From Azolla caroliniana (taxonomy: Eukaryota > Plantae > Polypodiophyta), in the NCBI GenBank assembly GCA_043228905.1, contig JBHGNT010000012.1, forward strand, positions 12,400,001 through 12,464,000: a DNA stretch of 64,000 nt. Reading direction: 5' to 3'. Below the pieces are notes generated by a model. It made no database searches and was not told the DNA's origin. It saw only the letters and a list, made by a program, of their open reading frames with translations. A program made the position numbers and the translations under genes. Positions 49,490 to 62,465 of this stretch are shown piece after piece; position 1 is the stretch's first letter, and the number at the start of each line of letters is the position of its first letter.

Positions 49490-50763
49490 TTAGGTTGGCT
49501 GTTCCGTAAAAATTTGTTGCTCCGGCTCTGCTTGATTCTGTGGTGCCGGTGCTTCCTCACCGCTTCGTCTGGGTTCTTCCTGTTCTTCCTCCGTTCCAGG
49601 GTCTGTTCTGTTACCAGTGTCGCTTTCTCCGGTCTCAACTGGTCGGTTCGGTGCGCCTTCTTCCTCTGCTCCGGTGTTTTCCGGTCTCAGCTCTTCTTCT
49701 TCCCCGGCATCGGTCTGTACCTGCTCTTCTTGATTTTCTTGGACCGGAAGTTCTTCTTCGGGTATTCCTTGTCGGGGTTGTTCGGTGTTGGTTGGTTCAG
49801 CTTCAGCCGGTCGCTCTCCCTCACTTATAGTGATTGGCATCGTTCTTCCCTCGGCTTCCTGTCGTAACCGGTCCTGCTCGTATTTCTCCAACTCCAATTG
49901 AGTTGTGAGCAGCCCGTCATCCAACCTCTCTACCAACCCTCGGATTTCTTTGAGATGTTCTTCCGCTAAAGCGTAGAAATCCTCCGACAATTCTTCCCGA
50001 ATGGCGACGATACTTTCTTCATCCATCTTGTAGAACTTGTCACCGGTCTTCCTCCGATTCTCGGCATCAGCTCGGAGTGTCTGCAACTCGGCTGCCTGTT
50101 GTGACCACTCCTTCCATAGCTTTTCCTTACTTTCGTTGATGCTTGCCTGAGCTCGGGTACTCCAACATGACATGATGAGCTTGATCCGGTCAACCCCCAC
50201 TTTAGCATGCGCATAAGCTTCTTGCTTTTCCTTCCTTGCCTGTTTTATAATGTCGGCCATTATCTGAGCCTGGGCTTCGTAATCCGCTTTCTGCTTTTCA
50301 TAGGCACTTTGCAGTTTGTTGATCGTGAAGGTCGATCTTTCCTTTTCTTCATTCTGGATCTTGGTCAGATCCATCTTTTCCCGCCTTAGCGCCTCTAATT
50401 CCTTCCTTCTCTCCGTTTCTTGGGTTATTTCTGCCGACAATGCTTCCTTTTTGGCACTGACCTCGTCCATTGTCTTAGCCAGGTCCAATCGGGTCTCTTT
50501 GAGCTGTTCTTTCAGCTTCTCTATTTGCCGGTCGTAGTCTGCTGCCCGTTTCTTGTTGTCCGACTCGGCCTGGTTGTGATCTCGGTAGAGTCGGTCGAAG
50601 TCCTCCGTCTTCTGTTTCAGGCGTCGGCTCACCTGAGCTCTTAACCGGTCGTCCCGGTCCTTCTGTTGTCGGAGTTCTTCCTGCAGTCGCTCTATCTCCT
50701 GCTCGGCCTGTCGACGCAGTCGGTCCTTCTCCTTTTACAGCTTTTTTTTTTCTTCTTGCAGTC
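49490..50763 (-). CDS. Extra ORF of K, 3' part: long coiled coil and acidic tail
   Basis: 380-aa ORF; continues in frame from 56238 once E and one GGTCA are removed (ND|RLQEEKKKL*KEKDRLRRQ...VSRRLKQ). Confidence 0.8.
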
Positions 50764-50768
50764 GGTCA

Positions 50769-53700
50769 TGTTGGGATTTGACGCTTTCAAAACCTTCACC
50801 TCTCGGCCACAACCGAGGAAACACGGATCAATGCAGCAGTAAATCGAAAAACACAGAGAGAGACTCGAATGCACAGGGTTTAGCGTGGAAAACCCTAGAC
50901 GGGAAAAACCACGGGAGTGCAAGACTCCAACTATCACTATACACAGTAAATGTACAATGGCGAGCTGCAAGGCGACGACCTTGAGCTCGATGTCCTCGCC
51001 ACAGGCGGCGGTATTACACAGAGGCGTCGACCTCTTCCTTTCTCTCTCTCTCACTCTCTCTCTCGGCTGCTCTCACTTCGCTCCCTCTAAGTGGAAAACA
51101 GAAAATGAGCAACAACTACAAAACTGTTTGCCCTAAGTCATATTTATACACATATGACTTTCGGGCTATTTACAAATATAGCCTCGAGGGCCCTTGGCAA
51201 ACATATTCACAAATATGTCCCCGCATCCGGATCTCTCTCTCCGGGTACATTCATCATCCGGCTCCGTAGCCGGGGTCTTCATCATCCGGCTCCGTAGCCG
51301 GGGTCTCCATCATCCGGCTCCGTAACGGGGTCTTCATCATCCGGCTCCGTAGCCGGGGTCTTCATCATCCGGCTCCGTAACCGGGTCTTCATCATCCGGC
51401 TCCGTAGCCGGGGTCTTCATTCCCGATTCCCGGACATCTGACCATCCCATCCGGAGGGACCGTAATCCCAACAAACTCCCCCTTCACTTCGGCATGGGAT
51501 GTCTTTCCAGTCCGACCCTCTTCCGGCACGCTTCCAGCTTGTCGGGTGTGAGCACTTTGGTCAGCATATCTGACCCGTTCTCGTCCGTATGGATCTTCGT
51601 CAGCACGAACTCCTGGTCTTCTATCCTTTCCCGGATCCAGTGATATCTTCGCTGGATGTGCTTCGTCCGGGAGTGATAGGCCGCGTTCTTGGCAAGGTGG
51701 ATGGCACTCTGACTGTCGCAGTACAGTCGGTACTCCGCCTGCCGGATACCGAGCTCTCTAATGAAGTCCTTCATCCATATCATTTCCTTGCCGGCTTCAA
51801 CAGCCGCCATGTACTCCGCCTCCGTGGTTGACAATGCAACCGTCTTCTGCAGCCTCGACTGCCACGAAACAGCTTCCCCTGCATACGTCATCACATACCC
51901 TGATGTGGACCGGCTGGTATCTGCATCAGCCGACATATCCGAATCGGTAAAGCCGTCGAGTTCGGGCTTACCGGAGCCGAATCGGAGGCACACGTTTGCC
52001 GTGCCCTTCAGGTATCGGAGTATCCACTTGGCCGCGTTCCAGTGCTCTTTGCCGGGATTGCTCATGTACTGGCTCACCACTCCGACTGCATATCCTATGT
52101 CCGGTCTTGTACACACCATTGCGTACATCAAGCTTCCGATGGCAGAGGCATATGGTACTTTCATCATGTCCTCCTTCTCAGCCTTTGTCTTGGGGCTTTG
52201 CTTGCTGGACAACTTGCAGTTTGCCGGGAGGGTTGACCCGACCGGTCTTGCTTCCGACATGTTGAACCGGTGAAGCACCTTTGTCACGTACTTCTCCTGT
52301 GACAGCCACAACTGCTTCTTCTTCCGGTCCCGGATGATGTGCATCCCTAGTATTTGCCTCGCCGGACCCAGGTCCTTCATTGAGAAGGTTCGGTGAAGCG
52401 CTTTCTTCAGCATCCGTATCTTGACCTGGTCCCGTCCGACGATCAACATGTCGTCCACGTACAGGAGGAGTATTAGAAAGTCTCCTCCTTCGAACTTCTT
52501 CACAAACACGCAGTGATCGGACTGTGTTTTGTGGTACCCTTCGTCGGTCATGAAAGAGTCGAACTTCCGGTACCATTGCCGGGGAGCCTGCTTCAGTCCG
52601 TAAAGGCTCTTCTTCAACCGGCATACCAGGTGCTCCTTCCCTTTCTTCTCGAATCCTTCCGGTTGCTGCATGTAGATCTCTTCTTCGAGGTCACCGTGAA
52701 GGAATGTCGTCTTCACGTCCATCTGTTCTACCTCGAGGTCCATGCTTGCCGCTATGCTCAGCACCGTCCGGATGGAGGTCATCTTCACTACCGGGGCAAA
52801 TATCTCGTCGAAGTCGACGCCCTTCTTCTGCTGGAACCCCTTTACCACGATCCTGGCTTTGTATCTCGGGGGGTTTCCGGCATCTCCCGGTTTCAGCTTG
52901 AACACCCACTTGTTTCGAAGTGCCCGCTTTCCTTTCGGCAACTCCACAAGTTCATATGTGTGGTTCTCATGCAGGGAATCCATCTCCTCCTGCATGGCAC
53001 TTAACCACCTGCGGCTATGGGTGTCAAGCTTTGCTTCTTCAAAACTCTCCGGCTCCCCCTCGTCGGTTAGCAGCACATGCTCTGGTTCCGGAAATCTCCG
53101 GGGGGCCCTTCTCTCTCTTAGAGGATATCTCCGTTCCGGAGCTTCGGTAACCGGCTCCTCCGTTTCCTCTTCATCCGAATCCATTTCGGGATCGGGGCCG
53201 GTTCCGGTATCAGTTTCATCTTCCTTGGCCGGTTCTGTTTCTTCACCGTCTTCGGCCGGATCCTCGAGTGCTAACCGGTCCCTTGCCGGTCGGGACTGCT
53301 CCTCGTAGAGTTGATCCTCACCGGTCAACTTGGAGCTCTTCATCTTCTTCTCCGACTCCCAGTCGGCGAGTGTCTTGTCCTCCATGAAGATGATATCACG
53401 ACTCCGGAATATCTTTTTGTCGACCGGGTCCCATACTCGGTAGCCGAACTCGTCATCGCCGTAACCGAGGAATATGCATGGCCGGGTCTTTGGATCTAGC
53501 TTTCCTCTCCGGTCCTTTGCCACATGCACATATGCGAGACACCCGAACACCTTCAGATGCCGGTAGGATACTTCCCTACCGGTCCACACTCTCTGCGGCG
53601 TGTCTCCGTCCAAAGGTACTGAGGGTGATCTGTTTATCACGTATGTCGCCGTCGACATTGCCTCAGCCCAAAACCCCTTGGGTAATTTCGCATGCGCCAG

Positions 53701-56237
53701 CATACTCCGGACCCTCTCCATTATGGTCCGGTTCATCCTCTCGGCCAGCCCGTTCAGTTCCGTCGTCTTCGGCACAGTAAACTCGAGCCGGATTCCCTTC
53801 GAGCGACAGTACTCCTCGAACTGCCCCCGGTATTCCCCTCCGTTATCCGCTCGTATCGCTTTCAGCTTCTTGCCGGATTCCCTTTCCACTCTCCCGTGGA
53901 GTTCTTTGAAGACGCACAACACTTGGTCCTTTGTCTTCAACGGTGCCGTCCACAGCTTCCGGCTGTGGTCATCAATGAATGTCACGAAGTACTGGGCTCC
54001 GCCATGTGACTTCGTTTCTACTTGACACACGTCAGTGTGCACCAACTCCAATGGTGCGCTACGTCTCGTCGGTGGCCTTGAGTGGAAGGAGGTTCGGTTC
54101 TGCTTACCGGCCAGGCAATCGGTGCACTTCTCCAGGTGCACGTGCTTCACTGGAATAAGGTTGTCTTCTGCAAGCCTCTTCATCCCCTTCTCACTCATGT
54201 GGCACAGTCTCTTGTGCCACAGCTCACCGGCAGTGTCGGCTGCCACGTTCAACTCCTCCGGACACAACCAGGCACTCATAAGGTACAGTGTGTTGACTTT
54301 CCGGGCCCGAGCCACTATCAGGCTCCCCTTGCTGAACTTCATTACGCCGTTCCGGATGCTACCTGTGTAGCCTTCATCGTCTAGCCTCCCGGCCGAAATC
54401 AGGTTCAATCGAACCTCCGGAACGTGTCGGACATCCTTCAGCAACATTTTGCATCCGGTCGAGGTTGTCAACCACACGTCTCCTATGCCGGCAATCCGGC
54501 ACGTACCTTCATTTCCCATCCGAACACAGCCATGCTCACCGGCTGTGTAGGATGAGAAGTATCTTCTTTCCGGGGTCAGGTGGAACGACGCTCCGGAATC
54601 GACCACCCAGGTAGTCTCATCGCCGGCAATGTTTAGTTCACCTTCTTCGGTGATGAGCATGATCTCCTCTTCACTTGCCGCGAGTGCCGTCGTTCCTTTT
54701 CGGTCCTGCCCTCGCCGATCCGAACCATTCCGGTCCGTGGCTCCCCGGTAAACACCGTTCCGTTCCGAAAACTTCTTCGAATCGGTGTCGTCGGCTCCGT
54801 TGTCTTTTCGGTAATGCCGACAATTCTTTCGGAAGTGCCCCGGCTTCCCACAGTGGAAGCATGTGGGCCTTCCTCTTGACTGCGACCGGGTCCCCGACTT
54901 CTCCCGTCTTTGCGGACTCCGGTTCCGTTGTCTTCCCCGATCCGATTCGGTAAGCAGCATCTTCGGATCGGAGGCCGGTTCTTTATCTCTCGACGCGCTT
55001 CTTCGTTCAAAATGCTTGTCTTTACCGTTTGTAAGGACAAGTTATCTTCGGTGCAGGAGGTGCTGAGAGTCACCACCAAGTTCTCCCAGCTTGCCGGCAA
55101 TGTACACATCAGGATGATGGCTTGCATTGCATCCTCCAACGGGAACTTGATCGCTGCAAGCTGGTTCACGAATCCCATGAACGTGCTTACGTGTTCCACC
55201 ATACTCTCGTCGTCCCGGTACTTGAGGTTCACTATCTTCCTCATCAGGGAGGTCCGGTTCAACGCATTCTTCCTCTCGTAGAGGCCCGACAGCTTCTGCC
55301 ACATCTCATATGCGTTGGTGTCGTTCGCCACATGTTGTAGAACGCTCACGTCGACGTATTGCCGAATGGTTGCAACGGCTTTCCGGTTCAGAAGCCTCCA
55401 TTCCGTCTCAAGTACCCCCTTGGGTATTTCCGACCTGTCGATCGGTTCATACAGGTCCCGAACGATGAGCAGATCCTCCATCTTTATCTTCCAGTCGGCG
55501 TAGTTCTGCGCATTCAGCACTATCATCCCCGGCTGCCCGTTGCTGCCGCCTTCCATTTTCTGCACTGCAGTCGCTCTGATACCAGATTGTTGGGATTTGA
55601 CGCTTTCAAAACCTTCACCTCTCGGCCACAACCGAGGAAACACGGATCAATGCAGCAGTAAATCGAAAAACATAGAGAGAGACTCGAATGCACAGGGTTT
55701 AGCGTGGAAAACCCTAGACGGGAAAAACCACGGGAGTGCAAGACTCCAACTATCACTATACACAGTAAATGTACAATGGCGAGCTGCAAGGCGACGACCT
55801 TGAGCTCGCTGTCCTCGCCACAGGCGGCGGTATTACACAGAGGCGTCGACCTCTTCCTTTCTCTCTCTCTCACTCTCTCTCTCGGCTGCTCTCACTTCGC
55901 TCCCTCTAAGTGGAAAACAGAAAATGAGCAACAACTACAAAACTGTTTGCCCTAAGTCATATTTATACACATATGACTTTCGGGCTATTTACAAATATAG
56001 CCTCGAGGGCCCTTGGCAAACATATTCACAAATATGTCCCCGCATCCGGATCTCTCTCTCCGGGTACATTCATCATCCGGCTCCGTAGCCGGGGTCTCCA
56101 TCATCCGGCTCCGTAGCCGGGGTCTTCATCATCCGGCTCCGTAACCGGGTCTTCATCATCCGGCTCCGTAGCCGGGGTCTTCATTCCCGATTCCCGGACA
56201 TCTGACCATCCCATCCGGAGGGACCGTAATCCCAACA
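50769..56237 (-). mobile_element. Element E: young full-length Tork-like Copia
   Basis: LTRs 50769-51473 and 55588-56237 with 10-bp terminal inverted repeats TGTTGGGATT/AATCCCAACA. TSD GGTCA. iMet PBS 55573-55584; PPT 51476-51486. Confidence 0.97.
51484..55556 (-). CDS. gag-pol: Gag-Pol of E with a single 1-bp frameshift at ~54991
   Basis: E reads GCGCGTCGAGAGAT where D reads GCGCGTCGGAGAGAT; the 1158-aa downstream ORF is intact. Confidence 0.93.
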
Positions 56238-57815
56238 GGTCATTAGTGGCTCGGCCTTTCCGGAGGCCTTCTTCCATTCTTCGTCTGTCGTCCTCCACCG
56301 CTTTCCGCTGCTCCCTTTCTTTTTCCCTTAATGCCTCCTGAGCTTTTAACTCCTCTCGCAAGGTTTCTATTATTTTTTCGGTCTCAGGCCGGTTTGCAAG
56401 GCTACCGGTTCCGGTTCTGGTTGCTTCCTTGTTGTCCCAACCGGCTCGGGGACAACTTGTGCTTGTTGAATTCTTTCCCTCGCCTGCAACAGCTCCCCTT
56501 GCAACTCCTGGATCTGTGTTCGGAGCGCGACCAACTCATAGGTTGTTGTATGCGTCAGGTGTTGCCTACGCGTTTCTTCTTCCTCTAACTGGTCCGCTAC
56601 TCTCGACACCTGCTCCGAAAGCCATCTCAGCCATTGTGGCTTTGTTCTTCCCGTGTCGGAGTAACATTGCTCACTTCTACTTCTTAACTCAGGCTGTTTT
56701 TCCGGCCTTTTCTCTGGCTCCGGTGCTTGTTCATTCCTCTTCTCCGGAATGACCAGTTCTCTGAAGTCCGGCAAAACTGGTTCCGGTACTGCTTCCCTCG
56801 GTGCGGGTTCCAGTACTACTTCCGCCCCGGCTACTGGAGGTGGTCCTTGCGCCCTCTATTGAGTTCTGTCAACTGGTGCAGCCAGTCCTCTCGCCCGTCT
56901 CTCCCGACCTTGTCTTGCTGGGAGTCTTACCAGTGGTTCGGATGAGTCTTCTTCCGTCTCAACTTCCTCCTCCGGTGCGGCTACCAGACGGACCTTTTGT
57001 ATAAAGTCCACTGGTTCTGGTTCCAGTTCCGGTTCCGGTCGTCGCAGCGTTATATTGGTTGGTTTGAGCGCTACCGGTTCTTCCTCGGCCGGTTCCTTGT
57101 TGGTCTTCCTCGCCGGTTTTCCTTTGCCTTTTCCTGCCGGTTTTGCCTTTGTTGCTGGTTCCTGTTGCTATCGGGATGGTCCTTCCTCTCGTTGTTATGC
57201 TTCTTCCTGGGTCCATCCGGGGGTGTGTTTCTCCAGGATCTGTTGGCGCTTTGTGACCTTTTTCGGCATCGTCTCCTGCCGACCTCTTTTCTTTTGTTTG
57301 ATGGGGAGTACCGGTGGGACTAACACCGTTAGCCATTGTGCTATCCCGACCCATGGCTTTTTTCCTTCCACAAGGTTCTTGATGGCCTCCTTCAATCCTT
57401 CGGTTATGAAATGGAGCCAGTCCACTTGCAATCCTTCGTACGTTGCAATTACGAACGTTGCCCGGTACCTGGCTATGGCCGGGGGACGAGAATTCACGAA
57501 TCCGTACTCCATCATGGCGCGGGCCACTTCTCCGAACAGAAGGTTCTCTCCGCCCTGTGTTCGGTACGCCTTGCTGCTGATGGAATACTCACAGAAATAT
57601 TCGAACAGGATCTGACTTGAAGGGTTTTCGATCGTTTGAAGTCCTCCTGCTTTTATCCCCGTGAGCGCCTGCACCGCTCCTTCCGTGACTTCTGATAAAT
57701 CAATCGATGCTGCTGCCAGCTCCGGTTCTGCGTGTGGTGGAGCGTTGGCGATCCGCAGCAATCCTTCTAACCCGTTCTCTATCATCCATTGGCGTGCCTC
57801 TTTCGACAGTGCCAT
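56238..57815 (-). CDS. Extra ORF of K, 5' part: globular domain, Pro/Glu linker and start of coiled coil; a few stops and one frameshift
   Basis: ORFs 57195-58052 and 56370-56774 share a frame. A frameshift at ~56390 leads to IIETLREELK...GRATND at the E junction. Confidence 0.75.
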
Positions 57816-57951
57816 TGGTTCGGATTCTTCTTCTGTTGTCTGTTGTTCGGGATCGGGATGTGTGTGCTCTGTGCGTCGGATCGCTCTTCTGTGCTTCTGC
57901 GCCTGTGTGTAGGAAAATTCGTAAAAAGTAAGTCCTTCGCAGGCCTGTGTC

Positions 57952-57958
57952 TTATATA
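57952..57958 (-). promoter_or_regulatory. Putative internal TATA box for the K extra ORF
   Basis: CTATATAAG on the minus strand, ~140 bp upstream of ATG 57815 and downstream of the pol stop and an A-rich tract (58185-58205). Confidence 0.5.
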
Positions 57959-58213
57959 GTGGCTTTTGCCTCGAGCCGCCCTTTTTCGGTTCCCGCGCAT
58001 GTTTATCTCCCGCCATAATTAGTATGTCCTTTCTTGGTTGCCGCGTGTGCATATACCTTGTACGTCGGTGCCCACGTTCTATGCTTTAAATAGCAAGTAC
58101 GCGCACGTCTTCCTTTACTTCATGGCGCCTCTTCATTGAATGGTGGCGCTCCCACCTCTTGTGATCTCCCTATCATCATTACTTTAATTTATTTTTATTT
58201 TTTTTGGACCACG

Positions 58214-61200
58214 TCATTTTCCGGTCCCGCCCGATTTGTTCGGGTCGGTTCGTGCTGATACCGGAATCTCCTTCTGTCGGCTTTCCGGGATAGTCTTTGT
58301 CGGTATCGGTGTCGGTTCTTCCTCGGTCCGGATTTCTGCAGTAGCGTCTGTCGGTGTCGGTTCCTCATCGTGTCGGATTACCGGGTCTTGCTTGAACGGG
58401 TTGGTTGGCATATGTCCCTTATACGGCTTTAGCCGAAACCCATTTGCCCACTTACCGATGACTTCTCCAGACAACGTGCCGAGCTGATACGACCCATTGT
58501 ACTCCTTGGTGATCCAGAACGGTCCGGTCCACCGAAACCGCAACTTTCCCGGCATGTTCCCCATCCGTGTCTGGAACAGTAGCACCGGTTTTCCGACTTC
58601 GAACTCCTTTTCGTTGCCACGCCGGTGTCGGTCCACGAAAGCTTTTCTCCTCCTTTGCTCCAATTCGAGTTGTAGTAAGCTGGCTATTCGGTTTTCTTCT
58701 AATTCCAACAACGTCGCCAACCGGATTCGTTCGGACTCCGTCTCACTTAAGCGCTCCTTTACCTGGATCCGTAAGCTGGGAATCTGGAACTCTACCGGCA
58801 TGACCGCTTCTAAGCCGAATGCTAGTCGGAACGGGGTTGTCCGGATGTTGGTTTTGTACGTTGTTCGGTACGCCCATAGCGCGCTCTGCAATTTCGTATC
58901 CCAGTCGGTCCGGTTCTCGTTGACGATTTTTCGTAGGATGTTCTGCAGAGTTTTGTTCATCGATTCCGCTAGTCCATTGGCTTGAGGGTAGTAGGGAGTA
59001 CTCCTTTTATGTACCACCGCATAAAATGACGTCAGGCTTTCTACTACCTGCCCGAGAAAGTGTCCTCCTTGGTCACTTATAAGCTCGATCGGGCATCCAT
59101 ACCGGCACCATATGCACTCGTACAGGAACTTTGCCGTGGAAGCGGCCGTGTTGTCCCATAAGGCCTTCGCTTCCACCCATTTGGTGCAATAGTCGGTCGC
59201 CACTATGACATACCGATTTCCGGTTCGCATTGCCGGTGGCTTGAAGGGACCGACAACGTCCAAACCCCACTTTTGAAATGGTTCCAATGGCAAGACCGGG
59301 TGGTGTGGCATCCGGGCCTGCTCCGTGGGTTGGCCCAATCGTTGACACAAATCGCATTCTCTGCTATACTTCACGGCATCTTTAAGGGTGGTGGGCCACC
59401 ACAGTCCGCTCTGCCATATTTTCCGAGCGGTTGCGTCGCCGGCATAATGCCCGCCGGCAATTCCATAGTGGGCTTCCCTGAGGATTAGATCCTTCTCATC
59501 GCTCCGCACTGCTCGTCTCCAGATGCCATCTGCCCCCTTGTGATAGAGGGTGTCTCCAACCAAGCAGAAATGTCTGCTTCTTACTGCTACCCTTTTCCTT
59601 TCATCGCGGTCCATGTTCTCCGGGGGTACTCCGGTGCTCAGGAACTGATGCATCTCGGTCAGCCACTTGTCTTCATCGGCTACCGTTGCATCCGTTGCCA
59701 GTTCCGTCGTGATCCGGAACAACTCGGCGTCGGGGAACTCATCTTGTACGTCGTCCCCTGCTTCTCCGGATTCGAGTCTGCTTAGGTGGTCCGCTACCGC
59801 ATGGTGCACCCCGGGTCGGTGGAAAATGTCGAATTCAAATTCCTGTAACAGCAGTGTCCATCGTGCAATTTTTCCCGTCAGGGATGCCTTCGAGACCAGG
59901 TAGAGTAGTGCCGAATGGTCGACATGGAAGGAAAACTTCCTTCCGAGCAGATAGTGCCTGTACTTTGTGACACTATACACCATTCCTAATGCCTCTCGTT
60001 CCGTCGTAGAGTAGTTCCGTTCGGCTTTTGAGAGTTTCCGGCTTGCGTAGTACACCGGCCGGTACCATTTCGGCTCCGTGAGTTGCATCAGAACGCTGCC
60101 GATTGCTACGTCCGACGCGTCGACGAAGACGTGAAAGCTTTTACTCCAATCCGGCGGTTGCACCACCGGAGCTTGCGACAGCATAACCTTCAGCGCTTGG
60201 TAGGCTTTCTCCTCCGTCTCCGCCCATAGGAAGGGTACCCTGTGTACAGTGGCATGCAATGGTGTAGCGAAGTCTGCGAGGTGTCGTATCATCCGGCTAT
60301 GCCACCTTATTTGGCCCAGGAACCGGCTTAAAGCCTTTGTGTTATTTGGTGTCGGTGCCTCGAGAATCGCCTTTACTTTATCCGGATCTACCGCGATTCC
60401 TTCCTTACTCACCACGTGCCCCAGCAAGTTGCCGCTTGCCACTCCAAAGACGCACTTGGCCGGGTTCAGACTCAACCGGTACTCGCGGCACAGCCGGAGG
60501 TGATCGAGATGCTCTCCGTGCCGGCTGTAGACCGCGAAATCGTCAAGGAAGACCTGCATAAAACCGGGGATATATTCCCCGAAAATTTCCATTATTATCC
60601 TTTGAAAGGTCGTTGGGGCTGTCTTTAGTCCGAACATCATCACGACCGCGACGAACACTCCCCATTCCGTAACGAACGCTGTCTTCTCCTGGTCGGCCGG
60701 GTTCATTCGTATTTGGTTGTAACCGCTAAATCCATCCAGGAAGCTGTAAACTTCGTGGCCGGCTACCGCATCTAACACCCCGTCCGTAAATGGTAGTGGA
60801 AACGCATCGGTCACCGTTGCGGCATTTAGTTTCCGGTAGTCCACAAATACCCGGATTTTGCCGTTCTTTTTCGGGACCACCACTATCGGACTCAGCCAGG
60901 TTGCCTGCTTGACCGGTCAGATAAATCCGACCCGGAGGAGCTTATCAATCTCCTCCTTCACCTTCGCCGCATAATTCGGATTCATCCGGTACCTGCGTTG
61001 AGCGATCGGTTTCGCGTCCGTACTTAGGTGAATTTGGTGCTGATAGAGCTGGGGGTCCAGTCCTCGCATGTCTTCGTATGACCACGCGAACACATCCTTG
61101 AAGTCTGTTAATAATGCTACCATTGCCTTCTTTTCTTCCTTCGGCAATTCCTTTGCGACTTTTACCGGTCGGGGCTTGTCTGTTGTGCCGAGGTCCACCT

Positions 61201-62062
61201 CTTCTAGTTGAGATGCTTTTATCCTCTGGGATATCGTCATCTCCCTCTCTAGGGATTCCTGCGCTTGTCGCAGTTCCCGGATCGCAGCTTGGTCCGGTTC
61301 GTCCGGCGTCGTGATGTACGGTTCTACTGCCGCCGTGATATCCACCTCAAATAGTGGGACGATTCGTGGGTGTTCCTCGAGGTACCGATCGACTTCCTCG
61401 TCCGGTAATCCCTCCAACATGTTGATGCTTTCCGCATACAATGGACTTGCTTCCTTACTGGCGATCACCCGTGGTTGCGTTGCTACTCGTACCTTTGTTT
61501 TCCCTCGCCGGAATGTGATCATGTTCTTTTGCCAATTCTGCTTGATATGCGTTGTTCGTAGCCATGGTCGTCCTAGCAGTAGGGGGTACGTGCCTTGTAC
61601 ATTCAGCTACAGCACGACGACCGATATCCGAAATACGTGGCCTCCGATCGTTACTTCCAAATCCCGGATAAGCCCGGTCGGTCGGACTGAACTGGTATCA
61701 GCCATGCGTAACCAGAAGGGGCATGGTTCCCATTCCCGGATGCCCAGGTTGTCGCATGTCTGTCGGTTGATGACATTTACCCCGGAGCCTCCGTCAATAA
61801 TTTTTCCGGCAATTTCCTTTCCTTTCACAATTGCCGTGATCGTCGGGCTACTTGTATCGACCACAGCTGGTCCTTCCTCCGGGTTGGAGAAGAATGCCGG
61901 TGCTGGCGTCGGCTTCGGTTTGCTCACGGATGCCTGTAAGTCTGCCGTAAACCGTGGCACCAACTGTAGTACCCGTGCTAACGGCAGCACGATTTGACAG
62001 TCCTGGAGCGCTTGCCATGTCGGTTTTTCTCCTCGCTGTATGATTTCTTCGTCTTTTGGCAT
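58214..62062 (-). pseudogene. pol: Pol of K (protease, RT, RNase H, integrase) with few lesions
   Basis: IIDGGSGVNVI; FLDGFSGYNQI...VFLDDF; FVDASD...YSTTEREAL; WGLDVVGP...ISDQG...YPQANGLAE; WTGPF. No chromodomain and no second RNase H seen. Confidence 0.93.
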
Positions 62063-62465
62063 ATTTTGGTCTCTTACTTCTGCCGCATTCTGTTCATTGG
62101 CCTTCTTGATCCATTGCGCCGCTTGTTTTCTGATTGCCTCCTAGGCTTCCCACTCGTCGGCCTTCCCCTTTGACCGGGTTGTGACTTGCTGCACTTCCGT
62201 TATTTCGGCTGTAACCATGTTGACTGCCGGCTGCTTGTCATTGGTTTTGCTTGGGCATTGGTTACTATAATGTCCCTCCTTACGGCAGTAATAACAATAC
62301 ACCTTGTGACTGTTGCTCGTTTCTCCTTTGTCCCCGGTTTGGGGGGTGGGTATACTTCGGCGGTCGTCTTCGGTTTTTCGGTTATCCGGTACCGATACCG
62401 GGTTGTCATTCCTTGCTGCCTCCCGACGTTCCTCTCTTCGGAAAAATCCACGCTTCTGATTCCGT

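Larger units (their letters stand above)
49021..62465 (-). mobile_element. Element K: Athila/OTA-like Ty3/Gypsy with a large 3' extra ORF; interrupted by E and L, 5' end not in view
   Basis: Gag knuckle CYYCRKEGHYSNQC at ~62252-62300, followed by protease, pol and the extra ORF. Putative PPT ~49379-49400 and 3' LTR ~49021-49378 (boundaries uncertain). Confidence 0.85.

Noticed and set aside
49273-49867. Hydrophobic plus-strand ORF (49358-49867) as an env or membrane protein
   Set aside because: It is the antisense shadow of the Glu/Lys-rich tail of the K extra ORF.
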